From a virus, in IMG/VR virus record IMGVR_UViG_3300039208_000521: a stretch of 64,000 bases of DNA; one strand, written 5' to 3'. Each line of letters opens with the position of its first letter. Position 1 is the first letter of the stretch. The position numbers were made by a program, and so were the translations under genes. The notes under the pieces are model-generated. The model had not been told where the DNA came from. It saw nothing but the letters and a program-made list of their open reading frames with translations, and did no database searches. Below are positions 8,162 to 17,612 of this stretch, one piece after another.

Positions 8162-10036
8162 TCATGCTGCCGCTGCCAATACTTCTGGAGAATAGGAAGC
8201 TTCCGCCCAATTAGTCCCGAAACCCTCGTCCAGTTCCATGTTAGTGCGAAGCTTGAAACCATGCTGTTCCTTGGTGAAGGTCTTACAGATCTGTGTGATT
8301 TCAGCCGAGGCCTTCTCCCGGTGTGCCGGGTCCAAAAAGTTCACCAAGGCGTCATGCACGGAGATGCCAAACTCTCCGTAACCAGTCGATCGAAGATAGT
8401 CATCGGTCTCGATCATCTTCATCTTGATGATGTCGGCATTGCCGCCTTGGCAAATGGCGTTCATGCCCTTGTAGCCATCCTTCCGGCGTTCGCGGAACCG
8501 ACGTCGTCTGCCGAGCAATGTCATCACATAGCCCCGCTCCAAAACCAATTCTTGAACACGGTCGGACATGGTCTCGGCTTCCGGGAACTCTTGGAAATAG
8601 CACCACTTATGGGCCTTGGCGTCCCCTACCGAGCACCGGAGTTTCTTAGCCAAATTCTTCACGCCGAGGCCATAGACGAGAGAGAAGTTCAGCTCTTTGC
8701 CCTTGTCTCGTTCGACGTTGAGAATATCCCCGACGATCTTATGGACGTCTGACCCCGGCTGGTTGATCCTTTCGATAAGGATTTTTGACTTCGAATAATG
8801 AGCGAATAATCTGTACTCACATTGTTCGTAGTCTTTTTCCTCCAGGATTCTGCCCTCGGGCGGGACGAACACACGCCGGAAGATTGGCCCTAGTTTCTTG
8901 TCTCGTTTGGTCACTTGCTGGAGGTTCGGATCCGAACAACTGAGCCGACCGGTCACCGTGCCGTAGTCGTCGGAAGCCAGTTGCCAAAAGTTCGGATGGA
9001 TCAGGCCGTTATGAACGTGGCGTTCCTTCAGGGGAATGATGAAGCTGTCCTCAAGGTGGCCGATCTTCCGAACGTCGTTGATCAATTCACCCTCGGGAAA
9101 TCCGGCTAGATAGTCTTTGTTGAAGCTCAGCTGACCGTTCGGGAAACGGCTCGAAGGTTTGGTTCGCTCAGGCACAGGAATGATGTCACTGTTCCACATC
9201 TCCAGGATCTTGGCTTCCCTCTCGGTCTTGGAGAGGCTCGGTGGAAGTTCGTCCGACTTCCCCTTAGTAGCGATCGACGCAATGTAGGGGCCAACTTCGG
9301 AAGGTGCTTTTGGATTGATCCCGCCAATCTTGTCGACGGCTTCCTTGCGCATGACCTTGACGCGAGAATGAAGCCGGTCGAGTTCGTCCTCTTGGATCGG
9401 GAAGCCTCGAAGCCGGGAACGATGAAGCACCGGTATCAGACCGCATTCGATATTCCAGACACGCCGAAGCTCTTGTTTGTCCAGCTCCTTTTGTTGCCAG
9501 TCCCAGAGCTGGAGTGTTGAGGTTCCATCGCCCTCGGCATACTCAACAGCCATAGGGTCTTCGCCCGACAGCTTATAGAAATTGGCCATCTGTTCACGGG
9601 TAGCCTTGCCGCCGAAACGCTCGGCCAGATACTCATACATTTGTTCGGCTTTTTTCGCCTGAACCTTAGCCCGAGCGCAGCATGCTTCGAGATTGTATTT
9701 CTTATTGTTTTCATCGATCAGGGGATCATTGAGCCCGGTGTCTTCGATCGCTCCGTTGATGGTGATACCGTCTTTGTGACTCATCCAGAGATCAAAAGCG
9801 GCGTTGTGCATCACAACTCGAAGATCTGATCGACAAAGAGTCCGGCGGATGAAATCAATAACCGGTCCCGGCTCCAGGTTACCCCCGCCTTCATGCCGGA
9901 TTGGATAATACTTGCTCTCTTCGGGGCGCATGCCCCAGGTGATGACGTAGCCGATGGGATAATCTTTATGGATGTCGAGACCCGTGGTCTCCGTGTCGTA
10001 GGCGATGGTGTTGACCGTGCTGAGATCCGGAAACAT
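8162..10036 (-). CDS. polA: family A DNA polymerase with 3'-5' exonuclease domain
   Basis: Exo I YDTETTG; TVTGRLSCSDPNLQQ; motif A DYEQCEYRLFAH; motif B KELNFSLVYG; motif C VHDA. Confidence 0.95.
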   Translation of the reverse strand: MFPDLSTVNTIAYDTETTGLDIHKDYPIGYVITWGMRPEESKYYPIRHEGGGNLEPGPVIDFIRRTLCRSDLRVVMHNAAFDLWMSHKDGITINGAIEDTGLNDPLIDENNKKYNLEACCARAKVQAKKAEQMYEYLAERFGGKATREQMANFYKLSGEDPMAVEYAEGDGTSTLQLWDWQQKELDKQELRRVWNIECGLIPVLHRSRLRGFPIQEDELDRLHSRVKVMRKEAVDKIGGINPKAPSEVGPYIASIATKGKSDELPPSLSKTEREAKILEMWNSDIIPVPERTKPSSRFPNGQLSFNKDYLAGFPEGELINDVRKIGHLEDSFIIPLKERHVHNGLIHPNFWQLASDDYGTVTGRLSCSDPNLQQVTKRDKKLGPIFRRVFVPPEGRILEEKDYEQCEYRLFAHYSKSKILIERINQPGSDVHKIVGDILNVERDKGKELNFSLVYGLGVKNLAKKLRCSVGDAKAHKWCYFQEFPEAETMSDRVQELVLERGYVMTLLGRRRRFRERRKDGYKGMNAICQGGNADIIKMKMIETDDYLRSTGYGEFGISVHDALVNFLDPAHREKASAEITQICKTFTKEQHGFKLRTNMELDEGFGTNWAEASYSPEVLAAAA

Positions 10037-10122
10037 TGACCTATCCGTGTGGGTTGAACCAGTGTTTTCTTAGGTCTTCAAGAAGGTCGGCATATGCTGT
10101 GTCGCTATCTTCTTTTCCTTCC

Positions 10123-10359
10123 TTACTCGCCCCTAAAACCGTTTACGAATGACCGGGTGATGGTTCCGAATTCATAGGCTTCTTTGTTCCAATCAAGACC
10201 CCCAACCACCCAATAGACCAAGGAGAAAAACACCACGATCCCGGCAATCCATCCAATTGTTTTGAACATCGCATCAAAGAACTCGTCTAAGACGATCCGC
10301 CACCATTTTTTATTCGTCGACATAATTGACCCACTCCATGCCGTATCGCTCCCGTCCAA
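10123..10359 (-). CDS. small membrane protein
   Basis: One long hydrophobic segment. Confidence 0.5.
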   Translation of the reverse strand: MDGSDTAWSGSIMSTNKKWWRIVLDEFFDAMFKTIGWIAGIVVFFSLVYWVVGGLDWNKEAYEFGTITRSFVNGFRGE

Positions 10360-10643
10360 TCCGCCGGATAATGTTCATCATGCGCCCGGACATGAACATC
10401 AAAACACCTTCTTCGCCGTAGCGATCATCCATGTCCTTGATGAAATTGGCCTCGAACCCAAACGGGATCACATCAGGGTCGTTCTCTCGATGGTAGAAGA
10501 GATCCAGAAGAAAGGTCTCTTGATTAAGCAGCAACATTAAACGGCCTACGCGTTGTTGGGATGTAGTGGTGCTCGGCTGCCTTCCACCCAAGGAAGAAAC
10601 AGAGACCGAGCACCAACAACAAAAGGATCAAGTCCCGTAGCAA

Positions 10644-11549
10644 TCAGTACTCGTCAGGCTCATCCCGGTTGCCGGATGACGCCGACTTCCCGGTGTTCTG
10701 ATCCTCGACGCCGGATTCCTCATCGTGCAAGGTGACATCGACGTCCTTGAACATCTCGTAGACCGCCTTGTTCTGCTCGTAAGCTTCCTTGGTAGGAACC
10801 AGGCCGGCACGGCTGAATTTCCAGAGGAACTTCTTGTTGTTCGGCCCCTCATCCGACCAGACCGTGGTGACGTTGAAGACCTGCGCAAAAGCGTCGTACT
10901 TGCACTGCTTGATCAAAGCGTTCAAATGCTTCGCCGCTCCGATCGCCGAGCGCTGGAGCTGGATCATAAAGGGACCGAACTCCGGGTGTGTTGGCGAGAC
11001 GCAGATGTAACGGTACTGGAGATCGGCAGCCGGTCGGGAGTTGCCATCATCAGGGTCGTAAGTGCCCCAATTGGTCAAGCCGGACTCGGCAATGCTGCCC
11101 TTGGTGTCCCAGACAACCGATTTCGTGGCCTTGTTGATCTTGACCTCGAACTTGGTGTTGGAAGGTACCCAAACCTTACCGTCTTGCCGAGCGAGAATTC
11201 CACCGCCGTCATCGACATCGCGGAACAAGGTGTGTTGCTTCGGCAGGCAGATAACCGGGGTGACCTGAAAAAGTTCAGCCGGGATCTCATGTCCTTTGTC
11301 GTTACGACCAGGATTGGTCCTGACCTGCTTTTCGAGGATCGTATGGAGCAGGTTACCGGCCTGCCAACCATTGTCCTGAAGACCAGGCGTTGTTCCCTGA
11401 AGCAACTTCAGCCAAGGAAGCTGCATGTCCTCTTGGCCGATCTCCTCGGCGCCTGCGCCGCCTTCTTCCAAGAAGTCAGGCGCTTCCATGACTGCCGTCA
11501 CAGGCTCCTCTTCAACAATCGCTAACTCTTGCTTCTTACGTGCCATCAT
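10644..11549 (-). CDS. putative ssDNA-binding/annealing protein
   Basis: EEIGQEDMQLPWLKLLQ motif, acidic C-terminal tail ending DEY, located in the polymerase operon. Confidence 0.55.
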   Translation of the reverse strand: MMARKKQELAIVEEEPVTAVMEAPDFLEEGGAGAEEIGQEDMQLPWLKLLQGTTPGLQDNGWQAGNLLHTILEKQVRTNPGRNDKGHEIPAELFQVTPVICLPKQHTLFRDVDDGGGILARQDGKVWVPSNTKFEVKINKATKSVVWDTKGSIAESGLTNWGTYDPDDGNSRPAADLQYRYICVSPTHPEFGPFMIQLQRSAIGAAKHLNALIKQCKYDAFAQVFNVTTVWSDEGPNNKKFLWKFSRAGLVPTKEAYEQNKAVYEMFKDVDVTLHDEESGVEDQNTGKSASSGNRDEPDEY

Positions 11550-12269
11550 CTAACCTTTCTTGGCGATTTTACGCCATGTCGTTGTGGTCTGGAGATAGGT
11601 GTTGAAAATATCATCCGGCAATGCCCTTCCCTCTTCCGCCAGATCCTTGGCGAGAGAAGACAAGGTTTGCGGGAAGATGTGTGGAACGACGATGTTCTCC
11701 AATCCATCGGTCGTTTCTTTGATCTCTTCGATGATATAAGCTGGATCAACTTGCTGCGTGGCATCATCAGCCAATTTGGACGCTAAATTTTTTCGCCCAC
11801 CAAGTTCTAGAGCGTCAATAGCTGCGTTGTAATCCCCCATTTCAAGGGCTTTGATCGCAGTTTGATCAGCTTGGAGGTACGCGATCGCCCGCTCCTTGTC
11901 CTCCTTGAGCACAGAGCATTTCGTGCGGACCTGGGTTCCGACTTGCCGGCCGAAATCTAAAAGGGCGATGTGCGGTTGTCCGCTGTCTTCGAGAAGGGCT
12001 GGATAGTCATGCTCAATAAGCCGAGTATAGACGGCCTTGAGCTCCTTCATTTCCTGCTCGATGCTGTCGGCATCTTCAACGAACAGTTCTCGAAAGAGAC
12101 AATAGCAACGGGCTAGAGCCGTGGCGTCGTCTTCTCGCTGACACCGTTCAATCTCAGCTTCGAGACCTCGTTTCAAGGATCGAATGCGCATCACCATCTG
12201 TTGATGAAGAGCGCGGGCGCCGTCTGCGAATGGGGGGATTTCTTTTTTGTCGTCAGTCTGTTCTGACAT
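11550..12269 (-). CDS. conserved phage protein preceding the SSB-like gene
   Basis: C-terminal FPQTLSSLAKDLAEEGRALPDDIF pattern recalled from phage replication operons; has its own promoter and leader. Confidence 0.5.
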   Translation of the reverse strand: MSEQTDDKKEIPPFADGARALHQQMVMRIRSLKRGLEAEIERCQREDDATALARCYCLFRELFVEDADSIEQEMKELKAVYTRLIEHDYPALLEDSGQPHIALLDFGRQVGTQVRTKCSVLKEDKERAIAYLQADQTAIKALEMGDYNAAIDALELGGRKNLASKLADDATQQVDPAYIIEEIKETTDGLENIVVPHIFPQTLSSLAKDLAEEGRALPDDIFNTYLQTTTTWRKIAKKG

Positions 12270-12347
12270 TGTGCAGCCTGTCTCCGTGATTGGTTATTGG
12301 ACAGGCGAAACGTACTAATCCTATTGAACTCTGTCAAGTCCTATCTT

Positions 12348-12785
12348 TTAACAGAATGAATAAGACCAAAGATTGGGGCGAACCCCTTCGGGCGCATCGT
12401 CCCACATGTCCAAGTGAAGATACCGGCTGGCATGCTCATCGGTCTGATGAACACCCATACCGATCACGTCGAGATGATGAGCCACCTTCTGTAGCTCATG
12501 GGCATGGGGCCCGTAAACCTTCACGTCGACGGCCTCGGCACTGACATGGGAACCCGTCGTCCGACCTCCGGGTAAAATCTGTTGGTGCTGCGGTGTCCGG
12601 TAGCCGGAAGAAATAATCATCGGCCGGTTGTAACAAAGCCGAACCGCCAGAAGCCAGTTCATGAACGCTGGAACGATAACTAAGGAACCATCCCGGCTAT
12701 CCGCCAGCTCATTGGGCAAGAACCAAGGCGCCCAATGCCAATCATTTTCAGGCACATCAGACCAATGAGCATAGGCTACAATCAA
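12348..12785 (-). CDS. peptidase M15A-family endolysin
   Basis: ISSGYRT..H, SHVSAEAVD, YLHLD zinc-peptidase motifs. Confidence 0.85.
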   Translation of the reverse strand: MIVAYAHWSDVPENDWHWAPWFLPNELADSRDGSLVIVPAFMNWLLAVRLCYNRPMIISSGYRTPQHQQILPGGRTTGSHVSAEAVDVKVYGPHAHELQKVAHHLDVIGMGVHQTDEHASRYLHLDMWDDAPEGVRPNLWSYSFC

Positions 12786-12979
12786 ATCGGTTGCTCCTGG
12801 GTTTTCATTCTCTGCCGTTCGGTCCAGTCTTTCTCTTTTTCTTTCAGGCTCTCAGCATTGTTGTTGAACCGAGCCACCAATTCATCGTCAGTGATCTTAC
12901 CTTGACGCCATAGCTCGATCAGTTCGGCACCGACAGCTGCAATTTGAACGACAGCCATAGCCGTGGTTGCAATAGTCAC
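12782..12979 (-). CDS. lysis-cassette accessory protein
   Basis: 65 aa with hydrophobic N-terminus, 4-nt overlaps. Confidence 0.45.
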   Translation of the reverse strand: MTIATTAMAVVQIAAVGAELIELWRQGKITDDELVARFNNNAESLKEKEKDWTERQRMKTQEQPI

Positions 12980-13293
12980 CTCGCTTCTCCCCGCTCGGCT
13001 AGGATCACAGCTAAGAGCGCTGCTTCCAGCGTGCCGAGATCAACACCCGAGGCAGCCGTGAAATCACTCGTGCAAACCGGGTTCAAGATCGGCAACGCCG
13101 TATTGATCGCCTGAACCTCGGCGTCTGTTGCAATGCCGAAGTCGTCGCGGTCATTGATCTTGCTGAAGATGGAGTTCCATCCCTCACAGACGATCAGTAA
13201 ACGCTGACCCGGAGAGATGGGTTCACCCCCACCAAGACCATAGGAACAAGCAGCAATGCCAAGAAGGAGGAACGCGGTGAAGATGTGTCTCAT
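12976..13293 (-). CDS. lipoprotein, possible o-spanin
   Basis: Signal peptide with lipobox IAAC. Confidence 0.6.
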   Translation of the reverse strand: MRHIFTAFLLLGIAACSYGLGGGEPISPGQRLLIVCEGWNSIFSKINDRDDFGIATDAEVQAINTALPILNPVCTSDFTAASGVDLGTLEAALLAVILAERGEAR

Positions 13294-13718
13294 CGGTGCC
13301 TCTGCAAGAGTTCAAGCTGCCGGCTAAGCGCTGACTCATCTTTTTCGAGTTGCATGAGAAGGGCTCGGGTATCTTGACTGCCCTCGCCACTGTCGATCCG
13401 AGACCGGACATCTAGGATCTGGCGGTTAACGTCTCGGTGCTCTTGACCTATGCGATCGATGCGCTCTTGTTTATCGGCCGCTAAGAGCTGGTCAAGCTGC
13501 CTCTTCAGCTCTTTTATGTTGTCATTGGTCCCGGTGATTTCTTCCTCAATCGGGACGATCCGAGCTTCAAGCTCCTCGACCGTGACGTAAGGAAGCCAAC
13601 CACTTATCGCTGAAACCGCTGCAACCGTAATGACCACAGCACCCATGATGGCACTCCATCTATGGAGCATTTTCCAGGCATAAGGATGCGCTTCTACTGT
13701 AGAATTGTCCACCGACAT
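13290..13718 (-). CDS. membrane-anchored coiled-coil protein, possible i-spanin
   Basis: One TM segment followed by a long heptad-rich region. Confidence 0.5.
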   Translation of the reverse strand: MSVDNSTVEAHPYAWKMLHRWSAIMGAVVITVAAVSAISGWLPYVTVEELEARIVPIEEEITGTNDNIKELKRQLDQLLAADKQERIDRIGQEHRDVNRQILDVRSRIDSGEGSQDTRALLMQLEKDESALSRQLELLQRHR

Positions 13719-13727
13719 TGCACGACC

Positions 13728-13952
13728 CTACTCCTCGATAGGTTTGTTTCGAGGTGCAAAGTACACCGTGACCCATCCGACCAGGGCACCGCCGCCCGCG
13801 ACCAGGAGGACGTTCAAGGCCTCTCTTAGGCTCGTGACTTGGTCCGGCGCAAGCTCGGTACCGGACAGAATGGACATGAGTATGGGGATGAGTGCGACCA
13901 GAAAGCCCGAGACCGCCCCACCGATCCCCTTGCTTTGAGTTTCCCGTTGCAT
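13728..13952 (-). CDS. putative holin
   Basis: 74 aa, two TM segments, charged C-terminus, first gene of the lysis cassette. Confidence 0.6.
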   Translation of the reverse strand: MQRETQSKGIGGAVSGFLVALIPILMSILSGTELAPDQVTSLREALNVLLVAGGGALVGWVTVYFAPRNKPIEE

Positions 13953-14336
13953 GACATTTCCCGGAATGTTCGTGTGTTAGAACCGTTAACGGAATGAGCG
14001 GCTAGTGCTGCGGTGTCACTTGCGGGTCTGTCTTTTGCGACTTCAAGGCATTGCAGCACCAACCACACAGACCATACGTGTTATCCCCTACACAAGAAAA
14101 TAAAAAATCAACCGGATGACCCAGAGGATGACATACAGTCCCACTGCCGTGAGCAATAGCCCCCACATACATCCCCTGGGCACCTCTAAGCCGTCATCGT
14201 GCATTGGAGAACACGTCCGGTATTTCACATGAATTACTTGGGTGTTGTCAAGCTGTTGTAATGGCGGCAAAATTTCCGCATACGCGTGCAAAGTGAAGAT
14301 CCGTTTTCAAATAGGGATCATTATTGTATACTAGAC

Positions 14337-14380
14337 TTGAAATTTCTTCTTGACATCAACCCCTATTAAGTCCTATCAAG
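14337..14380 (+). promoter_or_regulatory. sigma70-type phage promoter
   Basis: TTGAAATTTCTTC-TTGACA(14350-14355) with CCTAT-N5-CCTAT in the spacer. Confidence 0.65.
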
Positions 14381-14393
14381 GTCTCAAGAACAA

Positions 14394-14711
14394 ATGCACG
14401 GAGACGGATTGATGGAACTCTTAACCTTATTCCTCGGCGGCGGGCTGGTATGGATCGTTATATGGGTCCTTTATGTCCTGCTACAGACCATACTCTACGC
14501 TTTTTTAACATGCACCACGGGTTTTTCCGGTTTGTATATCGGATCCTGTGTCGACAGTTTCGACGTGTTTTACGTCGGCGACATCACCATGACATTCAGC
14601 GGCCTTGTTGCCTTCGGTTTGTTGGTTGCGACCTTTCAATTCGGCAGCCGATTTTTCCGTGAGGCGTCGGAAGCCTTTCCTCGGATCGTTAGGCCCTTTG
14701 GTGCTCGTTGA
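14394..14711 (+). CDS. stand-alone membrane protein (moron-like)
   Basis: Two hydrophobic segments; only + strand gene in a - strand region; own promoter and CACGGAGAC leader (start probably 14412). Confidence 0.6.
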   Translation: MHGDGLMELLTLFLGGGLVWIVIWVLYVLLQTILYAFLTCTTGFSGLYIGSCVDSFDVFYVGDITMTFSGLVAFGLLVATFQFGSRFFREASEAFPRIVRPFGAR

Positions 14712-15029
14712 TCATTGCATATGGCTGCCGGTCGTCGCACCCCCACAACTCGGACAATAAGGACTGTCCGACGACAGGTCCGCAAGACAGTAAGGGCAAG
14801 CATAGCCAGAGCCCGTAAGCCCGAGATACTCGGCGTACCCCATGATCGGTGCGTCTTCCGGGCCGTATTGAGCTTCGGGCATATTGTCGTTCATCATACC
14901 TTCGCCAGCCATCGATCCACCACCGTTCATCATTTGCCCTTGCTGTTCGGCAAGCGTCTCGGCGTCGGTCGCTGTCCCGTTCAGATGTCGGTAGATTCCC
15001 GTGGTCGGGAGGTAGTCCAATATACTCAT
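14712..15029 (-). CDS. acidic low-complexity protein with C-terminal zinc ribbon
   Basis: CPYC...CPSC; Met/Gly-rich. Confidence 0.55.
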   Translation of the reverse strand: MSILDYLPTTGIYRHLNGTATDAETLAEQQGQMMNGGGSMAGEGMMNDNMPEAQYGPEDAPIMGYAEYLGLTGSGYACPYCLADLSSDSPYCPSCGGATTGSHMQ

Positions 15030-15397
15030 AGGATTTTCAGCCCTTTAAGTATGATAAGTATACCAACCCCTATCATACCGTAGACAAGAAGCATACCCGG
15101 ACTAATTGAGCTAGCTGCCGAGTGCAGGGCTGTCTCATGGGCGAGGTTCATGGCTTTCATGGCCATCTCATGCGAACGCTCGGCACTCTTCTCAGCCGAC
15201 ACCAAGGCCTTGTCGATCGCCCAACTGACCAGGCTGAAGAACATGAAACAGATCAGGAGAACGGTCCCGCAAATCCAGCCCCAAGGTCTTTCGTTCTTGA
15301 CGATGACAACCTGCCTGGACTCCGGCTCCATGCGCGTGATGTCAGACTGAAATGTCTGCGGTCCTTGGGTAAGGCGTGCGAGTTCTTGTGAATTCAT
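15026..15397 (-). CDS. membrane protein
   Basis: Two hydrophobic segments; start MNSQEL overlaps the upstream stop. Confidence 0.55.
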   Translation of the reverse strand: MNSQELARLTQGPQTFQSDITRMEPESRQVVIVKNERPWGWICGTVLLICFMFFSLVSWAIDKALVSAEKSAERSHEMAMKAMNLAHETALHSAASSISPGMLLVYGMIGVGILIILKGLKIL

Positions 15398-15573
15398 TTC
15401 TTTTCCACGATGTCTAAGCCGTGAACACAAAGAAGTTTGTAAAGGAAATTCAAATCAACAAAGCCTTCAGAATTAATAGTTAATTCAATGTCTATTTGAT
15501 CTAGTTTCTTTTCAAACGGTTTCCTTCTGTCTAAGGATTTTTTCTTTTTGTGTCGATCTACGAAGCTATTCAT
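15394..15573 (-). CDS. hypothetical basic protein (AT-rich insert)
   Basis: 59 aa (MNSFVDRHKKKK...), ATGA overlaps at both ends. Confidence 0.45.
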   Translation of the reverse strand: MNSFVDRHKKKKSLDRRKPFEKKLDQIDIELTINSEGFVDLNFLYKLLCVHGLDIVEKK

Positions 15574-15965
15574 TTCTTGTCTTTCTGGTCGGCAGCCATT
15601 GCAAACACCCGGCCGCATGTTGAAAAGAATGCGAGGCCGAACAACGCGGCTGTCATAAGCTGGTCATTGTCTGTCGGTTGAAACTTCTCGCCTTCCGCCA
15701 GCATAATAAGAACGCCGATGAACATCGCCCCGGCTATGCTTGCCGTGATCGGTTCGGCCTTGAAGAAGGTCACCGTTCCATGGATCAACCACACGCCCGA
15801 GCAAAGAATGACCACGACCAAGGCATAGGACAGGTATACCCATTCATTGTTCGGATCCCCAACCCACGAGATAAAACCCCCGTTGAACGGGTTCGCATAC
15901 ATGAAGGGTGCTATGCCTCGGAAACTGGCAACGCCCGCTATTTGAAAGGGGCCGGTAGCCATCAA
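15570..15965 (-). CDS. multi-pass membrane protein
   Basis: Three to four hydrophobic segments; coupled to the ATPase gene. Confidence 0.6.
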   Translation of the reverse strand: MMATGPFQIAGVASFRGIAPFMYANPFNGGFISWVGDPNNEWVYLSYALVVVILCSGVWLIHGTVTFFKAEPITASIAGAMFIGVLIMLAEGEKFQPTDNDQLMTAALFGLAFFSTCGRVFAMAADQKDKK

Positions 15966-17359
15966 TTCATACTCACATCTTCAATGACTGTTTCTCCGGG
16001 CATCTCGACCCGGTTCCTTTTCCGTCTCTGCACATAACCAGCGCCGAAACGATGGGCCATGTTTGCCCGCAACTTGAACAGGTTCCTCTCGTCCGGCTTC
16101 CCGAATTTTTTGAACGGGTTCTCCGGTGTTTTGACAATGATCGCCTTTTCCATATCCGATCCGCACTTAACATAAAGCCGGAAATTCGGAAGCGTTTTGA
16201 TCTCATCGTAGGTTCGATCGAGCTCCGGGGAGATATGCGAGACGCCCTTACCGACCATGGTTCCGCATACCTTCGTCGCGGTGCAGGTGAGGACAGCATC
16301 CCCCATCTCGGTCCCAATATGGCCGAACCTCGTGGTCGCAAGGTTAATCGAGAGACCGAACTTTCTATTCTCATCCAGCATACGGGCGAGAAGAGCACAA
16401 TTCCCTTTGTTCAAAGAATTCTGAAACTCATCTTCATAGAGCCGGATCGGAACACCCTTACCCCGGACACGTTCCTGCACCACGCGATTGACCACGGTCT
16501 TAACGAACTTGCCGATCAACCGGCAGCCGTTCTCGCCTAGGTGTTTCTTCCTTGTGGCGACCAGGATAACCGAGCCCGCTTCAATGACTTTAGCGAGGCT
16601 CATCGTCGGCTCTTTATTGATGAACAGCTTTGCAAGGATCGGATCGTTCAGGAACCCATGCACCCGCATGCGGACATATTTCACCGTCTCTCGGAAGCCG
16701 GCCGGACGTTTCTGTGTTCCGATGACATCCTCAACGAAGAACCGATACACATCGTCCTCGGGGTCCATGCCGAGTCCATCCATGAACTCAACCGGTGACT
16801 TAAGTAGCTCCATCAGATCACGAAGCGTTCGGTTCTCGACATGCATGAGAACCTGTGCGCAATAGCCGAACAGCGTCATCATCGGCGCCGTTAGTTCCTG
16901 GTCGATCAACCCCGCACAGACATCCTTGAATGAATTAATCATATAGGACGCCGCGAGATCTCCTTTCCGCTGCTCACCGGTTTCGAACAGCGATAGTCTC
17001 GGCATGCTGTCCGGGTCGCCGGGATCAATAAGAAAGACGTTCGGCTGGTCGTGAACGTTCGTGAATTTAAGGAATTCATCGATACCATCGACCGGGTCGA
17101 TGTAGATGAGCGTTAGTTTCTCATCGAGGGCACGCGGTAACTCCTCGGCCATCAGCCCATAAAGAAAACTCGACTTACCGCAACCGGAACGACCAACACA
17201 TAAGAGATGCTGGTTCCGTACCTCATCACTCATCCGGCCGACAGGCGATCGCCAATACTCGAACTTATCCATCAACCATTCTTTAACGAAGTCGTCGATG
17301 GTTCGTTTGCCGCGCTTCAGTTCCCAGCCAGCCTTACATATGTCAGTGAATGTGCTCAT
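15962..17359 (-). CDS. VirD4/TraD/HerA-like P-loop ATPase (DNA translocase/coupling protein)
   Basis: Walker A GRSGCGKS, Walker B LYEDEFQN, ENRKFGLSINLAT motif. Confidence 0.85.
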   Translation of the reverse strand: MSTFTDICKAGWELKRGKRTIDDFVKEWLMDKFEYWRSPVGRMSDEVRNQHLLCVGRSGCGKSSFLYGLMAEELPRALDEKLTLIYIDPVDGIDEFLKFTNVHDQPNVFLIDPGDPDSMPRLSLFETGEQRKGDLAASYMINSFKDVCAGLIDQELTAPMMTLFGYCAQVLMHVENRTLRDLMELLKSPVEFMDGLGMDPEDDVYRFFVEDVIGTQKRPAGFRETVKYVRMRVHGFLNDPILAKLFINKEPTMSLAKVIEAGSVILVATRKKHLGENGCRLIGKFVKTVVNRVVQERVRGKGVPIRLYEDEFQNSLNKGNCALLARMLDENRKFGLSINLATTRFGHIGTEMGDAVLTCTATKVCGTMVGKGVSHISPELDRTYDEIKTLPNFRLYVKCGSDMEKAIIVKTPENPFKKFGKPDERNLFKLRANMAHRFGAGYVQRRKRNRVEMPGETVIEDVSMN

Positions 17360-17375
17360 GTGTCAGTGAATGTGC

Positions 17376-17612
17376 TTATGTGTCCTTTATGTGCTTTGCA
17401 AATCCGCCGGGGCCAAGCATCCCGTCGTGATATTTAAACCCATGTAGATCGTAGTTATCCTTCACCGCTTGTTGGTCCAATGCATGTTCCTTGACCGCTT
17501 TTCCAACGTCCGGTTCCCATCCATCGGGTCGTCCGGGATGGTACGCCTGCGATGACAGCATTCCTCCTTGGTGTAGTTCCTGGAAAATACTCTCACCGTC
17601 GTCCAGCATCAT
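17376..17612 (-). CDS. small acidic protein (ML-motif family)
   Basis: Starts MMLDD, overlapping the relaxase stop; GML twice. Confidence 0.5.
   Translation of the reverse strand: MMLDDGESIFQELHQGGMLSSQAYHPGRPDGWEPDVGKAVKEHALDQQAVKDNYDLHGFKYHDGMLGPGGFAKHIKDT

Noticed and set aside
4173-10036. Complete 2-aminoadenine (Z) or 7-deazaguanine system
   Set aside because: No purZ or queuosine-pathway/dpdA genes in the window; only the hydrolases are present.
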